This document shows, in pieces, positions 15,693-25,366 of a DNA stretch of 57,251 bases. A program made the position numbers and the translations under genes. The notes beneath the pieces were generated by a model that saw nothing but the letters and a program-made list of their open reading frames with translations, made no database searches and was not told the origin of the DNA. The stretch lies in contig DASUGC010000226.1 of the NCBI GenBank assembly GCA_036274235.1, positions 1-57,251 of the forward strand, in the 5' to 3' direction. This stretch comes from Vicinamibacterales bacterium (GTDB lineage: Bacteria > Acidobacteriota > Vicinamibacteria > Vicinamibacterales > SCN-69-37). Every line of letters begins with the position of its first letter. The first letter of the stretch is position 1.

Positions 15693-17591
15693 ATGACCTC
15701 ATTGCGACTCTTTCTGCGTTCGGCCGCCGGCCTTGTCTTCGGCGTTCTGCTTACGGCCACCGCGCTGGCGCAGACGCGCGATCGGTCCTCGGTTCCCGAA
15801 AAACTGACCTGGAATCTGAAGGATCTCTATCCGACCGATGCCGCGTGGCGCGCCGAGAAGGACGCCATCGCCAGGCAGTTGCCGTCGCTGGCGAGCTTCA
15901 AAGGCCGTCTGAGCTCGTCCGCTTCCGTGCTGGCCGACGCGCTCGAGCGGGGCTCTGCTGTGGATCGCACGATGTCCCGCCTGGCGTTGTACGCCGGCCT
16001 GCTCGCCGACCAGGACACGCGGGACGCGACGCACCAGGGGATGCAGCAGGAAATGATCGCGCTGTATACGACGTTTGGAGCGCAGGTCTCGTACTTCGAG
16101 CCGGAGGTTCTGCGGTTTCCGGCCGGGACGGTCGAGAAGTTTCTGGCGGCGGAGCCGCGACTGGCGCCGTACCGGTTTTATCTGCAGGACATCGCGCGCC
16201 GCGCCGCGCACACGCTGAGCGAGTCAGAAGAGCGCCTGCTCGCCAGCGCCGGGATGATGGCCACCTCGCCGTCGGACGTCTATTCGATCCTGAGTAACGC
16301 GGACTTCCAGTATCCGTCCGTGACCCTGAGCGACGGCAGGACGGTGAAGCTCGATCAGGCCGGGTACTCCGACCTGCGCGCCCTGCCGAATCGCGCCGAT
16401 CGCGAGAAAGTCATGTCGACGTTCTTCCAGGCGCTTGGCGCCTACAGCGGCACGTTCGGCGCCACGATGAACGCGGAGATTCAGAAGACCTGGTTCTTCG
16501 CCAACGCGCGCAAGTACGAATCCAGCCTGGAAGCGTCGCTCAACACGTTCAACATTCCCGTCACCGTCTATACGCGGCTGGTGGATGGCGTGAACAAGGC
16601 GCTCCCGACCTTCCACCGGTACCTCAAACTGCGCCGGCGCATGATGGGCGTGGACACGCTGCACTACTACGACCTGTATGCGCCGCTCGTCGGGTCCGTG
16701 AACCTGGAGTACACGCCGGAGCAGGCGCGGCAACTCGTGCTCGACGCGCTCGCGCCGCTCGGCACGGACTACACGACCGTGGTGAAGCAGGCGTTCGACA
16801 ACCGCTGGATCGACATGCTGCCGACGCCCGGCAAGCGGTCCGGCGCGTACTCGAATTCCACCTACGACGTGCACCCGTACATGCTGATCAATTACAACGG
16901 CAAGTACACCGACGTCAGCACGGTGGCCCACGAAATGGGCCACACGATGCAGAGCTACTTCTCCAACAAGACCCAGCCGTATCCACTGGCCAACTACCCG
17001 ATCTTCGTGGCCGAAGTCGCGTCCACGTTCAACGAGGCGCTGCTCATCGATCACATGCTGACGATCCTGAAGGATCCGTCGGCGCGCCTGGCTCTTCTTG
17101 GGAACTATCTCGAGAACATCAAGGGGACGGTCTTCCGGCAGACCCAGTTCGCCGAATTCGAGATGAAGATGCACGAAATGGCGCAGAAGGGCCAGCCGGT
17201 CACCGGCGAGTCACTGGCGAAGCTCTATCTCGATGTGACGCGCAAGTACTACGGCCACGACGCCGGCATCTGCATCGTGGACGACTACATCGCCCACGAG
17301 TGGAGCTTCATTCCGCACTTCTACAGCGACTACTACGTCTTTCAGTATGCGACGTCCTTTACCGCATCGGCCGCGCTGGAGACCAAGGTCAAGGCGGGCG
17401 ACGCGGAAGCACGGCGGCGTTATCTGGCGTTTATCAGCGCCGGCGGCTCGAAGTACCCCATCGATCTGCTGAAGGACGCCGGCGTCGACATGACGACGAG
17501 CGAGCCGCTGGATCTGACGATGAAGAAGATGAACGCGGTCATGGACGAGATGGAACAATTGCTGGCCCGGAAAGGCGCCGGCCAGCGCTGA
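15693..17591 (+). CDS. pepF: M3B family oligoendopeptidase F, secreted
   Basis: ATG at 15693 (MTSLRLFLRSAAGLVFGVLLTATALAQ signal) within ORF 15615-17591. Zinc motif HEMGH. About 630 aa. Confidence 0.85.
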   Translation: MTSLRLFLRSAAGLVFGVLLTATALAQTRDRSSVPEKLTWNLKDLYPTDAAWRAEKDAIARQLPSLASFKGRLSSSASVLADALERGSAVDRTMSRLALYAGLLADQDTRDATHQGMQQEMIALYTTFGAQVSYFEPEVLRFPAGTVEKFLAAEPRLAPYRFYLQDIARRAAHTLSESEERLLASAGMMATSPSDVYSILSNADFQYPSVTLSDGRTVKLDQAGYSDLRALPNRADREKVMSTFFQALGAYSGTFGATMNAEIQKTWFFANARKYESSLEASLNTFNIPVTVYTRLVDGVNKALPTFHRYLKLRRRMMGVDTLHYYDLYAPLVGSVNLEYTPEQARQLVLDALAPLGTDYTTVVKQAFDNRWIDMLPTPGKRSGAYSNSTYDVHPYMLINYNGKYTDVSTVAHEMGHTMQSYFSNKTQPYPLANYPIFVAEVASTFNEALLIDHMLTILKDPSARLALLGNYLENIKGTVFRQTQFAEFEMKMHEMAQKGQPVTGESLAKLYLDVTRKYYGHDAGICIVDDYIAHEWSFIPHFYSDYYVFQYATSFTASAALETKVKAGDAEARRRYLAFISAGGSKYPIDLLKDAGVDMTTSEPLDLTMKKMNAVMDEMEQLLARKGAGQR

Positions 17592-17599
17592 CGGGACCG

Positions 17600-18337
17600 C
17601 TAGGCTGAACGCAGCAGCGCGCGTGTCGCTTCATGCGTCGGCGAATCCAGCACGGTCTGTGGATCCCCGCGTTCCACGACGCTGCCGTCCGCGAGGATGA
17701 GGCATTCCGTGGCGAACTCGCGCACGAACGTGACGTCGTGGCACGTCACGAGCAGCGCGCGGCCGGCTGACGCGAGCTGACGGAACGTCGCGCCGAGTTC
17801 GCCGCGGCGCGCCGGATCCAGCGAGGCCGTCGGTTCGTCCAGCAGCAGGATCGGCGGATTGGTCGCCAGCGCGCGCGCAATCGCGACGCGCTGCGCTTCG
17901 CCGCCCGACAGTTCACGCGGCCACGCGGCCGCCCGGTGCGCGACGCCGAGTTCATCGAGCAGTCGCCCCGCCACATCCTCGGCCTCCCGCCGGCCGCGCC
18001 GTTGCACGTGCACCGGCGCGAGGCATACGTTGTCGAGCGCGGTGAGGTGCTCGAACAGATGATGGAACTGAAAGACCATGCCGACGTGGCCCGCGGTGGC
18101 GCGCCGCGTGGCGGCAGACAATGGACCGGCGGACAGCGTCGCCGATCCCAAGGCGATGGCGCCGGCATCGAACGGTTCGAGCCCCGCAATCGCGCGCAGG
18201 GCCGTGGTCTTGCCCGATCCGGACAACCCCATGAGCGCGACGATGGCGCCAGGCGCGACGTCAAACGACAGATCGCGGAGCACCGCGCGGCTGCCGCGAT
18301 TGAGGCGGACGCCGGAGACGGACAGGACGGTGCTCAT
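17600..18337 (-). CDS. Amino-acid ABC transporter ATP-binding protein
   Basis: Walker A GLSGSGKTT, signature LSGGEAQRVAIARAL and Walker B LLLDEPTASLD. ATGA overlap with the upstream permease gene. Confidence 0.9.
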   Translation of the reverse strand: MSTVLSVSGVRLNRGSRAVLRDLSFDVAPGAIVALMGLSGSGKTTALRAIAGLEPFDAGAIALGSATLSAGPLSAATRRATAGHVGMVFQFHHLFEHLTALDNVCLAPVHVQRRGRREAEDVAGRLLDELGVAHRAAAWPRELSGGEAQRVAIARALATNPPILLLDEPTASLDPARRGELGATFRQLASAGRALLVTCHDVTFVREFATECLILADGSVVERGDPQTVLDSPTHEATRALLRSA

Positions 18338-19821
18338 GACGTGGTCGCCGCCTTCCAGCGCGATTCAAGCCGGCGCGCAAGCTGGGACAGCGGCAGGGAC
18401 ATCGCCAGGTACAGCGTCGCGCACAACGCGCCAGGGATGACCCAGCTGCCCAGATTGGTCGCGAAGATCTGCGTCTGCTTCGTCAGTTCCATGACGGTGA
18501 GCACCGACACGAGCGACGAGTCCTTGAGCATGGCAACGAAGTCGTTTGTCATCGGCGCCAGCGCCACCCGGAAGGCCTGCGGGCCGCGAATCAGGCGCAG
18601 CGTCTGCGCGTCGCTGAAGCCGAGCACGCGCGCGGCCTCCAACTGGCCGCGCGGCACGGCCTCGAGCGCGCTCCGATAGATCTCGCTTTCGTAGGCCGCA
18701 TAGTTGAGTCCAAGGCCGAGCAGCGCCGCGAGGAACGCCGGCAGGCGAATGACGTCCGCCAGGCCGTAGTAAATAATGAAGAGCTGCAGCAGCACCGGCG
18801 TGCCGCGAATGACCTCCACATACAGCGTGACGATTGCGCGAAGCCATCGACTCCCGTACACGCGGCCGATTGCCAGCCCCATGCCGACAGCGATCGCCAG
18901 CGCCATCGACAGGCACGACAGCACCAGCGTCATCGCAGACGCGGTGAGGAACGACGGCAGGTAGCGCCGCGTCATCGCCAGTGTGGACTCGGACGCGGTG
19001 CCTGGCACGGCCGTGCCTTGAATGTCACCGCCCGCGAGCACGCGCGCGAAGAATGCCGGCTGGTTGTCGTTCCAGACGTTCCATTTCCTGAAGATCGCCT
19101 CCAGCCGCCCGTCCCGCATCGCGGCGCGGAGGATCTCGTCGATGCGATCGCGGAGCGCCGTCTGGCCGGGCGCGAGTACACCCACGTAGTGGCCGATTGC
19201 CACCTCATCCGGCTGCGTGTACAGGCCCGTGATTCGCCGCATCGTGCGTTCGGCCAGCACGTGATCGAGCAGCACCGCATCCACGCGGCCGCTGACCATG
19301 TCGGTGTACGGATGCACATCGTCGTCGTACGAGACGGCGGAAATGCCATGGTCGCGCTCGGCGACGAGCAAAAGCTCGTAGGCGATCGTGCCGCCGAGCG
19401 TCGCGACGCGATGACCGCGGAGGTCGGCGAGGCTCTTGAACCTGCCGCGATCGGCGCTGCGAACGGTGAGCACTTCGCGAAATTCGTAGTACGGCACGGT
19501 GACGGCGAGCGTGGATCGCCGGGCCGGCGTGTCTTCGATCCCGCTCAGTCCAATATCGAAGTCGCCGCGGGCCGCGGACTGGTCGAGCGACGTGAACAGG
19601 ATTTGAACGAACTGAGGCGGCCGGCCCAGTTCCCGGGCAATCAGCGATGCAATGTCGACGTCGAAGCCGACGACGCGATCGGGCTGCCGTGGATCCGCCT
19701 CGACGAATGGCGCGCCGCCTTCGGCGTCGCCGCCCCAGCGGAACGGCCGCGGTTCCTGCGCCCGAATCGCCGCGCCCAGCGCGAGCGCCGCGACGACGAG
19801 TGCGCCGGCGGTGCGAAGCAA
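18334..19821 (-). CDS. Fused periplasmic substrate-binding (family 3) domain and amino-acid ABC permease
   Basis: 495 aa. The N-terminal half is SBP_bac_3-like (GFDVDIASLIARELG…). The C-terminal half is a polar-amino-acid permease (EVIRGTPVLLQLFIIYYGL, EAARVLGFS). Confidence 0.85.
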   Translation of the reverse strand: MLRTAGALVVAALALGAAIRAQEPRPFRWGGDAEGGAPFVEADPRQPDRVVGFDVDIASLIARELGRPPQFVQILFTSLDQSAARGDFDIGLSGIEDTPARRSTLAVTVPYYEFREVLTVRSADRGRFKSLADLRGHRVATLGGTIAYELLLVAERDHGISAVSYDDDVHPYTDMVSGRVDAVLLDHVLAERTMRRITGLYTQPDEVAIGHYVGVLAPGQTALRDRIDEILRAAMRDGRLEAIFRKWNVWNDNQPAFFARVLAGGDIQGTAVPGTASESTLAMTRRYLPSFLTASAMTLVLSCLSMALAIAVGMGLAIGRVYGSRWLRAIVTLYVEVIRGTPVLLQLFIIYYGLADVIRLPAFLAALLGLGLNYAAYESEIYRSALEAVPRGQLEAARVLGFSDAQTLRLIRGPQAFRVALAPMTNDFVAMLKDSSLVSVLTVMELTKQTQIFATNLGSWVIPGALCATLYLAMSLPLSQLARRLESRWKAATTS

Positions 19822-19834
19822 ACGGGAGGATCCG

Positions 19835-20272
19835 TTAGTCGAAGGCCCAGACCGCGCACACGACGATCGCGATGGCGGTCAGGAAGGCGATGCGGCCGAA
19901 CCGTTGCATGGTTGGCATGACCGAGGCGTCGCCGTTGCGCAGCCGGCGCTGCAGGGACTGCAGATAGCCAATCAGGCCGGACAGAATCACGACGAGCGTC
20001 AGCTTCAGGTGGAACTGCCACGGCATGTTGCCGATGTTTTCAAAGCCGCCCCACTTCTCAAAGAAGAGGCCGAGGCCGGTGATCCACAGCAGCGCGAGTC
20101 CAATCGAGCCCACGCGGCTCATCAGCGGCGGGAAGCGGCCGAGCACGGCCTTTTCCGCCGGTGCGCTCTTGTCGATGAGCCCGGCCATCACCATGCTCGA
20201 CAGCCCCACCGAGAGGCCCATCGCGAGACCGAGGAAGTGCAGGACCAGCAGCAGGCGATTCATCAGTTCCAT
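19835..20272 (-). CDS. Small integral membrane protein (4 TM), unknown function
   Basis: 145 aa with four hydrophobic segments. No catalytic motif recognised. Confidence 0.55.
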   Translation of the reverse strand: MELMNRLLLVLHFLGLAMGLSVGLSSMVMAGLIDKSAPAEKAVLGRFPPLMSRVGSIGLALLWITGLGLFFEKWGGFENIGNMPWQFHLKLTLVVILSGLIGYLQSLQRRLRNGDASVMPTMQRFGRIAFLTAIAIVVCAVWAFD

Positions 20273-20325
20273 GGCGCTGCGATTCTAACGCAGCCGTGTC
20301 GTACGTCGATATGATGCCAGCCGCT

Positions 20326-21216
20326 ATGGCACGAATTGGTTTCGTCGGATTGGGGAACATGGGCCGGCCGATGGCGTCGAATCTCGCCCGCAAAGGCGAA
20401 ACGCTCGTGGTCCGAGACGTCAATCCCGCGCCGGTGCGGGCGCTGGTCGGGCTGGGGGCGAGAGAGGCCGCCGAGGTGCAGGAAATTGCCGCATGCGATG
20501 TGGTCTTCACGATGCTGCCCACCACGGCGGTGGTCGAACAGGTGATCGGCGGAGCAGACGGCATTCTGGCCCATGCCCGCGCCGGAACCGTGGTCGTGGA
20601 CATGAGTACGATCGATCCGCTGGTGACCGATCGCCTGGCCGCCGCGGCGGCCGGAAAGGGCGTGGCGTTTGCGGACGCGCCCGTGGGCCGCCTGGCGAGC
20701 CACGCCGAGCGCGGCGAATCGCTGTTCATGGTGGGCACCTCGGCGGAGACATTCGCGCGCATCAAGCCGCTGCTGGACAAGATGGGCACGACGGTCCATC
20801 ACTGCGGCGGACCCGGCTCGGGCATGCGCACCAAGCTGGTGAACAACTACCTGGCGATCGTCTCGTGCGCGTTCAATGCCGAAGCCATCGCCCTTTCACA
20901 GCGATTCGGGCTGGATCTGGCGAAGACGCTGGACGTAATCCACGGCACGACGGCGACAAACGGTCAGCTCAAGATCGCGTGGCCATCCAAAGTGTTCAAA
21001 GGCGACACGGCTCCGGGCTTTACCATCGATCTGGCCCACAAGGACCTGACCCTCATTGTCGATGCCGCCAATGCCGTCAAGGTGCCGGTGCCCATCGCGG
21101 CCGTGGCGCGAGAGTCCTTCAGCGCGGCCCGGGCATCCGGCAGGGGCGATCAGGATTTTTCGGCCGTACTCGACGCGTTATGCGACGCGGCGGGGATCGA
21201 TCGCGCGCGACTTTGA
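20326..21216 (+). CDS. NAD(P)-dependent beta-hydroxyacid dehydrogenase (3-hydroxyisobutyrate / tartronate-semialdehyde reductase family)
   Basis: MARIGFVGLGNMGRPMASNLARKG forms the Rossmann N-terminus. In-frame alternative starts lie at 20311 (ATG) and 20296 (GTG). Confidence 0.85.
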   Translation: MARIGFVGLGNMGRPMASNLARKGETLVVRDVNPAPVRALVGLGAREAAEVQEIAACDVVFTMLPTTAVVEQVIGGADGILAHARAGTVVVDMSTIDPLVTDRLAAAAAGKGVAFADAPVGRLASHAERGESLFMVGTSAETFARIKPLLDKMGTTVHHCGGPGSGMRTKLVNNYLAIVSCAFNAEAIALSQRFGLDLAKTLDVIHGTTATNGQLKIAWPSKVFKGDTAPGFTIDLAHKDLTLIVDAANAVKVPVPIAAVARESFSAARASGRGDQDFSAVLDALCDAAGIDRARL

Positions 21217-21230
21217 TCAATCATGTGTCG

Positions 21231-22670
21231 ATGGCTGTGTCCTTCCCGAACCTGATCGCCGGCGAGCGTGTCGAGTCCGCCTCGCGCAACACCGATATCA
21301 ACCCCTCGAACACCAGCGACGTGATCGGCGAATTCGCCCGCGCGTCCAGGGCGGACCTCGCCAACGCGATCGGCGCGGCGCGTGAAGCGTTCAAGACCTG
21401 GTCGCATTCGAATCCGCAGACGCGCTTCGACATTCTGGACAAAGCCGGCACGGAGATCCTGGCGCGCAAAGAAGAGCTGGGGCGGCAGCTCGCGCGCGAG
21501 CAGGGGAAGCCGGTGGCCGACGGCATCGGCGAAGCCGCGCGCGCCGGCATGATCTTCAAGTTCTTCGCCGGTGAGGCCGTGCGATTGGCAGGCGACCGGG
21601 TGGACTCGACGCGTCCGGGCGTGGATGTCGAAGTCACACGCGAGCCGCTTGGGGTCATCGCCGCGATCACGCCATGGAACTTTCCGCTGGCCATCGCCGC
21701 GTGGAAGATCGCGCCCGCGCTCGCGTGCGGCAATACGGTTGTCTTCAAGCCGGCGGAACTGGTGCCGGCCTCTCCCTGGGCCATCGCGGACATCGTGCAG
21801 CGCGCCGGTCTGCCGCCTGGGGTGCTCAATCTCGTGCTGGGACCCGGATCGGAACTCGGCCCGGCGCTGGCATCCTCGCCGGATGTCGATGCCGTGACGT
21901 TTACCGGATCGCAGGACGTCGGACCGTCGGTCGCCGCCGCCGCCGTGGCCGCCGGCTCGCGCATCCAGCTGGAAATGGGCGGCAAGAATCCGCTGGTGAT
22001 CGTCGACGACGCGGATCTGAACGTGGCGGTGAACATCGCCGTGAACGGCGCCTTCTTCCAGGCGGGCCAGCGCTGCACGTCCTCGAGCCGGCTCATCGTG
22101 ACCGAGGGCATTCACGATCGATTCGTCGCGGCGATGGTCGAGCGTATGAAGAAGCTGGTCGTCGACGATGCCTTGAAGCCGGGCATCGATCTCGGCCCGG
22201 TGGTGGACGCGAAACAACTGGAGAAGAACCTCAGTTACATCGACATCGGCAAACGCGATGGCGCGCGCCTCGTCACGGGTGGCGAGCGGCTGAAGCGCGA
22301 CACCGAGGGCTTCTACATGGCGCCGGCGTTGTTTACCGACACGCATAACGACATGCGCATCAACCGCGAAGAGATCTTCGGGCCGGTCGCGGCCGTGATT
22401 CGCGTCAGGGACTACGAAGAAGCGCTGGCGACCGCGAATGCCACTGTCTACGGACTGTCGTCAGGCATCGCGACGACGTCACTCAAACTCGCGACGCATT
22501 TCAAGCGCAACTCGAGCAGCGGTCTGGTCATGGTCAATCAGCCGACAGCCGGGCTCGATTACCACGTGCCGTTTGGCGGCCGGAAAAAGTCAAGTTATGG
22601 GCCGCGCGAGCAGGGCAGCTATGCGAAGGACTTTTACACGGTGCTCAAAACGGCGTACACGGCGTCCTGA
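21231..22670 (+). CDS. NAD(P)-dependent aldehyde dehydrogenase (semialdehyde dehydrogenase-like)
   Basis: ATG at 21231 (MAVSFPNLIAGERVES…) within ORF 20493-22670. Has EMGGKNP and catalytic GQRCTSSSR. The 5' ORF extension overlaps the previous gene out of frame and is Arg/Gly-rich. Confidence 0.9.
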   Translation: MAVSFPNLIAGERVESASRNTDINPSNTSDVIGEFARASRADLANAIGAAREAFKTWSHSNPQTRFDILDKAGTEILARKEELGRQLAREQGKPVADGIGEAARAGMIFKFFAGEAVRLAGDRVDSTRPGVDVEVTREPLGVIAAITPWNFPLAIAAWKIAPALACGNTVVFKPAELVPASPWAIADIVQRAGLPPGVLNLVLGPGSELGPALASSPDVDAVTFTGSQDVGPSVAAAAVAAGSRIQLEMGGKNPLVIVDDADLNVAVNIAVNGAFFQAGQRCTSSSRLIVTEGIHDRFVAAMVERMKKLVVDDALKPGIDLGPVVDAKQLEKNLSYIDIGKRDGARLVTGGERLKRDTEGFYMAPALFTDTHNDMRINREEIFGPVAAVIRVRDYEEALATANATVYGLSSGIATTSLKLATHFKRNSSSGLVMVNQPTAGLDYHVPFGGRKKSSYGPREQGSYAKDFYTVLKTAYTAS

Positions 22671-22676
22671 CTCAGA

Positions 22677-22779
22677 AACTGACCACGCACAACTGACAAT
22701 TGCGGATCGAACCCAACGTGCCAGTTGTGAGTTGTGAGTTGTGAGTTGTGAGTTGTTAGTTGTTAGTCGTGAGTTTGTC
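22677..22779. repeat. Heptamer array (GTTGTGA x4, GTTGTTA x2, GTCGTGA, GTTTGTC) with inverted AACTGAC units upstream
   Basis: There are 8 contiguous 7-bp units at 22724-22779. The left arm AACTGAC CACGCAC AACTGAC (22677-22697) is close to the reverse complement of these units. The block lies between convergent genes, and its last three units encode the C-terminus (…DKLTTNN*) of the minus-strand gene. Confidence 0.9.
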
Positions 22780-23601
22780 CGCGAGTTCCACGACCCGCCT
22801 CGCCCTCGTGACCACCGGCTGATCGACCATCCGGTTCTCGAATCGAAACGCGCCCTGGCCGGCTGCGCGGGCGGCGGCGTCGGCCGCAATCAGGCGCCGC
22901 GCGCGGGCGATTTCGTCCCCGGTCGGGCTGAACACGTCGTTGATGACCGCAATTTGATTCGGGTGAATCGCCGTTTTGCCGCGGAAGCCCACCGCCTTGG
23001 CGCGCCGGCAGTCCTCGAACAGGTCTCCTGAGGCGGTCAGATCGACAAAGACGGCATCAATCGCATCGGCGCCGATGGTCGCGGCGGCCAGGACGACCTG
23101 CGATCGCGCCAGCACCAGTTCCTCGCCATTGACCGTGCGCGGAATCCCGAGCTGGGCGGTGAGATCCTCCGCGCCGAAGATAATCGCCGGCATGTCGGCC
23201 GTCGCGCGGACGATGGCGGGCGCGTCGAGAATCGCGCGCGCCGTCTCGAACATCGGACACACGCGGCCATGCGGCGCCACGCGCGCCACCTGCTCGATGT
23301 GATCGGCGGCTTCGACCTTCGGCACGATGACGCCGTCGATGTAGCCGGCCACCCGGGCGAGCCACCGCAGATCGGCCTCCTGCCATTCCGATCCGGGCGC
23401 ATTGACCCGCACGAACCGCGCCGTTCGCGAGGCGGTCGTGGTCTTCAGCCACGCGCCGACCAATTCACGCGCTTCGGCTTTGCGGGAGCTGTCCACGGCA
23501 TCTTCGAGGTCGATGAGTGCTGCATCAGCGCCCGATGCGAGGGCCTTCGAAAATCGATCGGGACTGGTGCCGGGGACGAACAACAGCGAACGTAACACCA
23601 C
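22756..23601 (-). CDS. HpcH/HpaI aldolase / citrate-lyase beta-subunit-like acyl-CoA lyase (CitE-like)
   Basis: 281 aa with a GTG start. LRSLLFVPGTSPDRFSKALASGADAALIDLEDAV is the typical CitE/malyl-CoA lyase N-terminus. Confidence 0.9.
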   Translation of the reverse strand: MVLRSLLFVPGTSPDRFSKALASGADAALIDLEDAVDSSRKAEARELVGAWLKTTTASRTARFVRVNAPGSEWQEADLRWLARVAGYIDGVIVPKVEAADHIEQVARVAPHGRVCPMFETARAILDAPAIVRATADMPAIIFGAEDLTAQLGIPRTVNGEELVLARSQVVLAAATIGADAIDAVFVDLTASGDLFEDCRRAKAVGFRGKTAIHPNQIAVINDVFSPTGDEIARARRLIAADAAARAAGQGAFRFENRMVDQPVVTRARRVVELADKLTTNN

Positions 23602-23678
23602 CTCGCGATTGTAGCCGCCTTCGCTGTGCGCGCTGGGTGCACCTTCGGCGGGCCATGTTCCTTTGGTAGGCTGGCGCC

Positions 23679-24563
23679 GTGACGCCGGTGATTGTCACGA
23701 CCGATCTCGCGAAGCAGTACGGCGCGGTCCGCGCGTTGGCCGGCCTGTCGCTGCGCGTGGATGCCGGCGAGATCTTCGGCTTCCTTGGCCCGAATGGCGC
23801 GGGCAAGACGACCACCATCCGTCTGCTGCTCGGCCTGCTGCGCCCCAGCCACGGACGTGCGGCGGTGCTGGGCCATCCGATTGGCAGGGCGGGCACGGCG
23901 GCCCGCGCGGAGATCGGGTATCTGCCTGGTGAGCTGGCGCTGTGGCCCGGCTTCACGGGCTGGCACACCTTGCGGTTTCTCGAGCGCCTGACCCGGCGCC
24001 CGGCCGTCGATCGCCAGGCTCTCCTCGATCGGTTCGGGCTGGCCGACGCGGATCTTCGGCGGCCGGTCCGCACGTATTCGGACGGCATGAAACAAAAGAT
24101 CGGCCTCGTCCAGGCCCTGCAGTGCCGCCCGCGTCTCGCGTTTCTCGACGAGCCGACAAAAGGCCTGGATCCGCTGGTTCAGCAGGCGTTTTACGACGCG
24201 CTCGCCGACGCGCGCTCGCGCGGCATGACCATCTTTTTCTCGTCGCACATCCTCTCGGAAGTCGAGCGTGTCTGCGATCGCGTCGCGATGCTGCGCGGCG
24301 GGACGCTGGTTGCCACCGGCACCATCGACAGCGTGCTGGCGTCCCAACGGCGCCGGGTTCGAATCGCGTTTACAACCCCGACCGATGCATCGGATCTCAG
24401 CGCGTTCGGCGACGTGGTCTTCCGCAGCGACACGCGCGTCGAGCTGCTGGTCGTGCGCAGCGACGTGCCGGATCTGGTGCGGCGGGCCAGTACGCTCCCG
24501 CTCGATGACATCACCGTGGAGCCGATGAGCCTCGAAGACGCATTCCTGGAGCACTATCGATGA
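23679..24563 (+). CDS. ABC transporter ATP-binding protein (ABC-2 subfamily type)
   Basis: Walker A GPNGAGKTTT, YSDGMKQKIGLVQAL and Walker B FLDEPTKGLD. Confidence 0.9.
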   Translation: MTPVIVTTDLAKQYGAVRALAGLSLRVDAGEIFGFLGPNGAGKTTTIRLLLGLLRPSHGRAAVLGHPIGRAGTAARAEIGYLPGELALWPGFTGWHTLRFLERLTRRPAVDRQALLDRFGLADADLRRPVRTYSDGMKQKIGLVQALQCRPRLAFLDEPTKGLDPLVQQAFYDALADARSRGMTIFFSSHILSEVERVCDRVAMLRGGTLVATGTIDSVLASQRRRVRIAFTTPTDASDLSAFGDVVFRSDTRVELLVVRSDVPDLVRRASTLPLDDITVEPMSLEDAFLEHYR

Positions 24564-25366
24564 CGGGCGGGGCCCGCACGATTGTCGCGCTCCTCCGCCA
24601 CGCCTGGGCCCGTCACCACAGGCCGCTGATCCCGATTGCGCTGGCGGTCGGCGTGTTTCAGTTTCTGCTGACCCGGCTCGCCCCTGCGCCCAACGAAACA
24701 AGCTGGATCAGCAGCCTGCTGACGCTGCTGCCCCCGGAGATGCAGGCGCTCGTCGGCAACGAGGTCGCGCTGACGCCCGCGGGGTTTCTCGCACTTGGCT
24801 ACGCCCATCCCTTCTTCATTCTGCTGCTGTCCACGTGGGTGGTTCGTACCTCCGCGGCTGCCATCGCCGGCGAAGCGGGCCTGGGCACCATGGATTTGCT
24901 GGCGACACGGCCCGCGGCTCGCTGGACGTTTGTGGTTGCCGGCATCCAGACGGTGATGATCGGATTGGCCGTCGGCGTCAGCGCCGCCTGGATCGGGACG
25001 GCGATTGGTCTGCGCCTGCGTCCTCTCGATGTGTCCCCGGCGAGCCTGCTGCCGGCCGCCGCCATGGCGTGGCTGGTGTTCGCGGCATTCGGCGCGGTCG
25101 GGTTGATCGTCAGTGCGTGGCATCGCGATGGCGGCGCGGCAACGGCCTGGACGATCGCCGTGATCGCCGGCTCGTTCGTACTCGACTATGTGGCGCGGCT
25201 CTGGGCGCCCGCGGCGCGGCTGCGGCCGCTGTCGCTGTTCCGCTATTACGAGCCGCAGGCGATTGTCGGGGCCGGTGTCTCGACCGGCGCGGTCATCGTG
25301 CTCGTCTGTACGACGATCGCGGCATTCCTGATCGCGCTCGCGATCGCCGGCCGGCGCGATCTATGA
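24560..25366 (+). CDS. ABC-2 type transporter permease
   Basis: 268 aa with about 6 hydrophobic segments. ATGA overlap with the ATPase gene. Confidence 0.7.
   Translation: MTGGARTIVALLRHAWARHHRPLIPIALAVGVFQFLLTRLAPAPNETSWISSLLTLLPPEMQALVGNEVALTPAGFLALGYAHPFFILLLSTWVVRTSAAAIAGEAGLGTMDLLATRPAARWTFVVAGIQTVMIGLAVGVSAAWIGTAIGLRLRPLDVSPASLLPAAAMAWLVFAAFGAVGLIVSAWHRDGGAATAWTIAVIAGSFVLDYVARLWAPAARLRPLSLFRYYEPQAIVGAGVSTGAVIVLVCTTIAAFLIALAIAGRRDL

Noticed and set aside
20493-21230. 5' extensions of track ORFs that overlap the preceding gene: 20493-21230, 33800-34264, 33381-33452, 32521-32667, 4941-5279, 15615-15692, 9491-9721, 10743-10913, 10643-10750, 38884-38949, 48124-48168 and 48306-48389.
   Set aside because: The extensions are low-complexity or Arg-rich, overlap better-supported genes or repeats, and precede an internal start after which family-typical N-termini begin. 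Shorter coordinates were used.
22704-22714. GGATCGAACCC, the reverse complement of a tRNA T-arm-like GGGTTCGATCC, which could indicate a tRNA gene or tRNA-3' fragment (an integration scar).
   Set aside because: Only 4 of 5 T-stem pairs form. There is no room for D and anticodon arms, because the flanks are the heptamer repeat, and no acceptor stem can be built. It is most likely a chance motif in the loop of the repeat hairpin.
22724-22779. Possibility that the short repeat arrays (here and at 1483, 9505, 49181 and 57064) are CRISPR arrays.
   Set aside because: The units are 7-9 bp and directly abutting with no spacers. No cas genes or leader are present.
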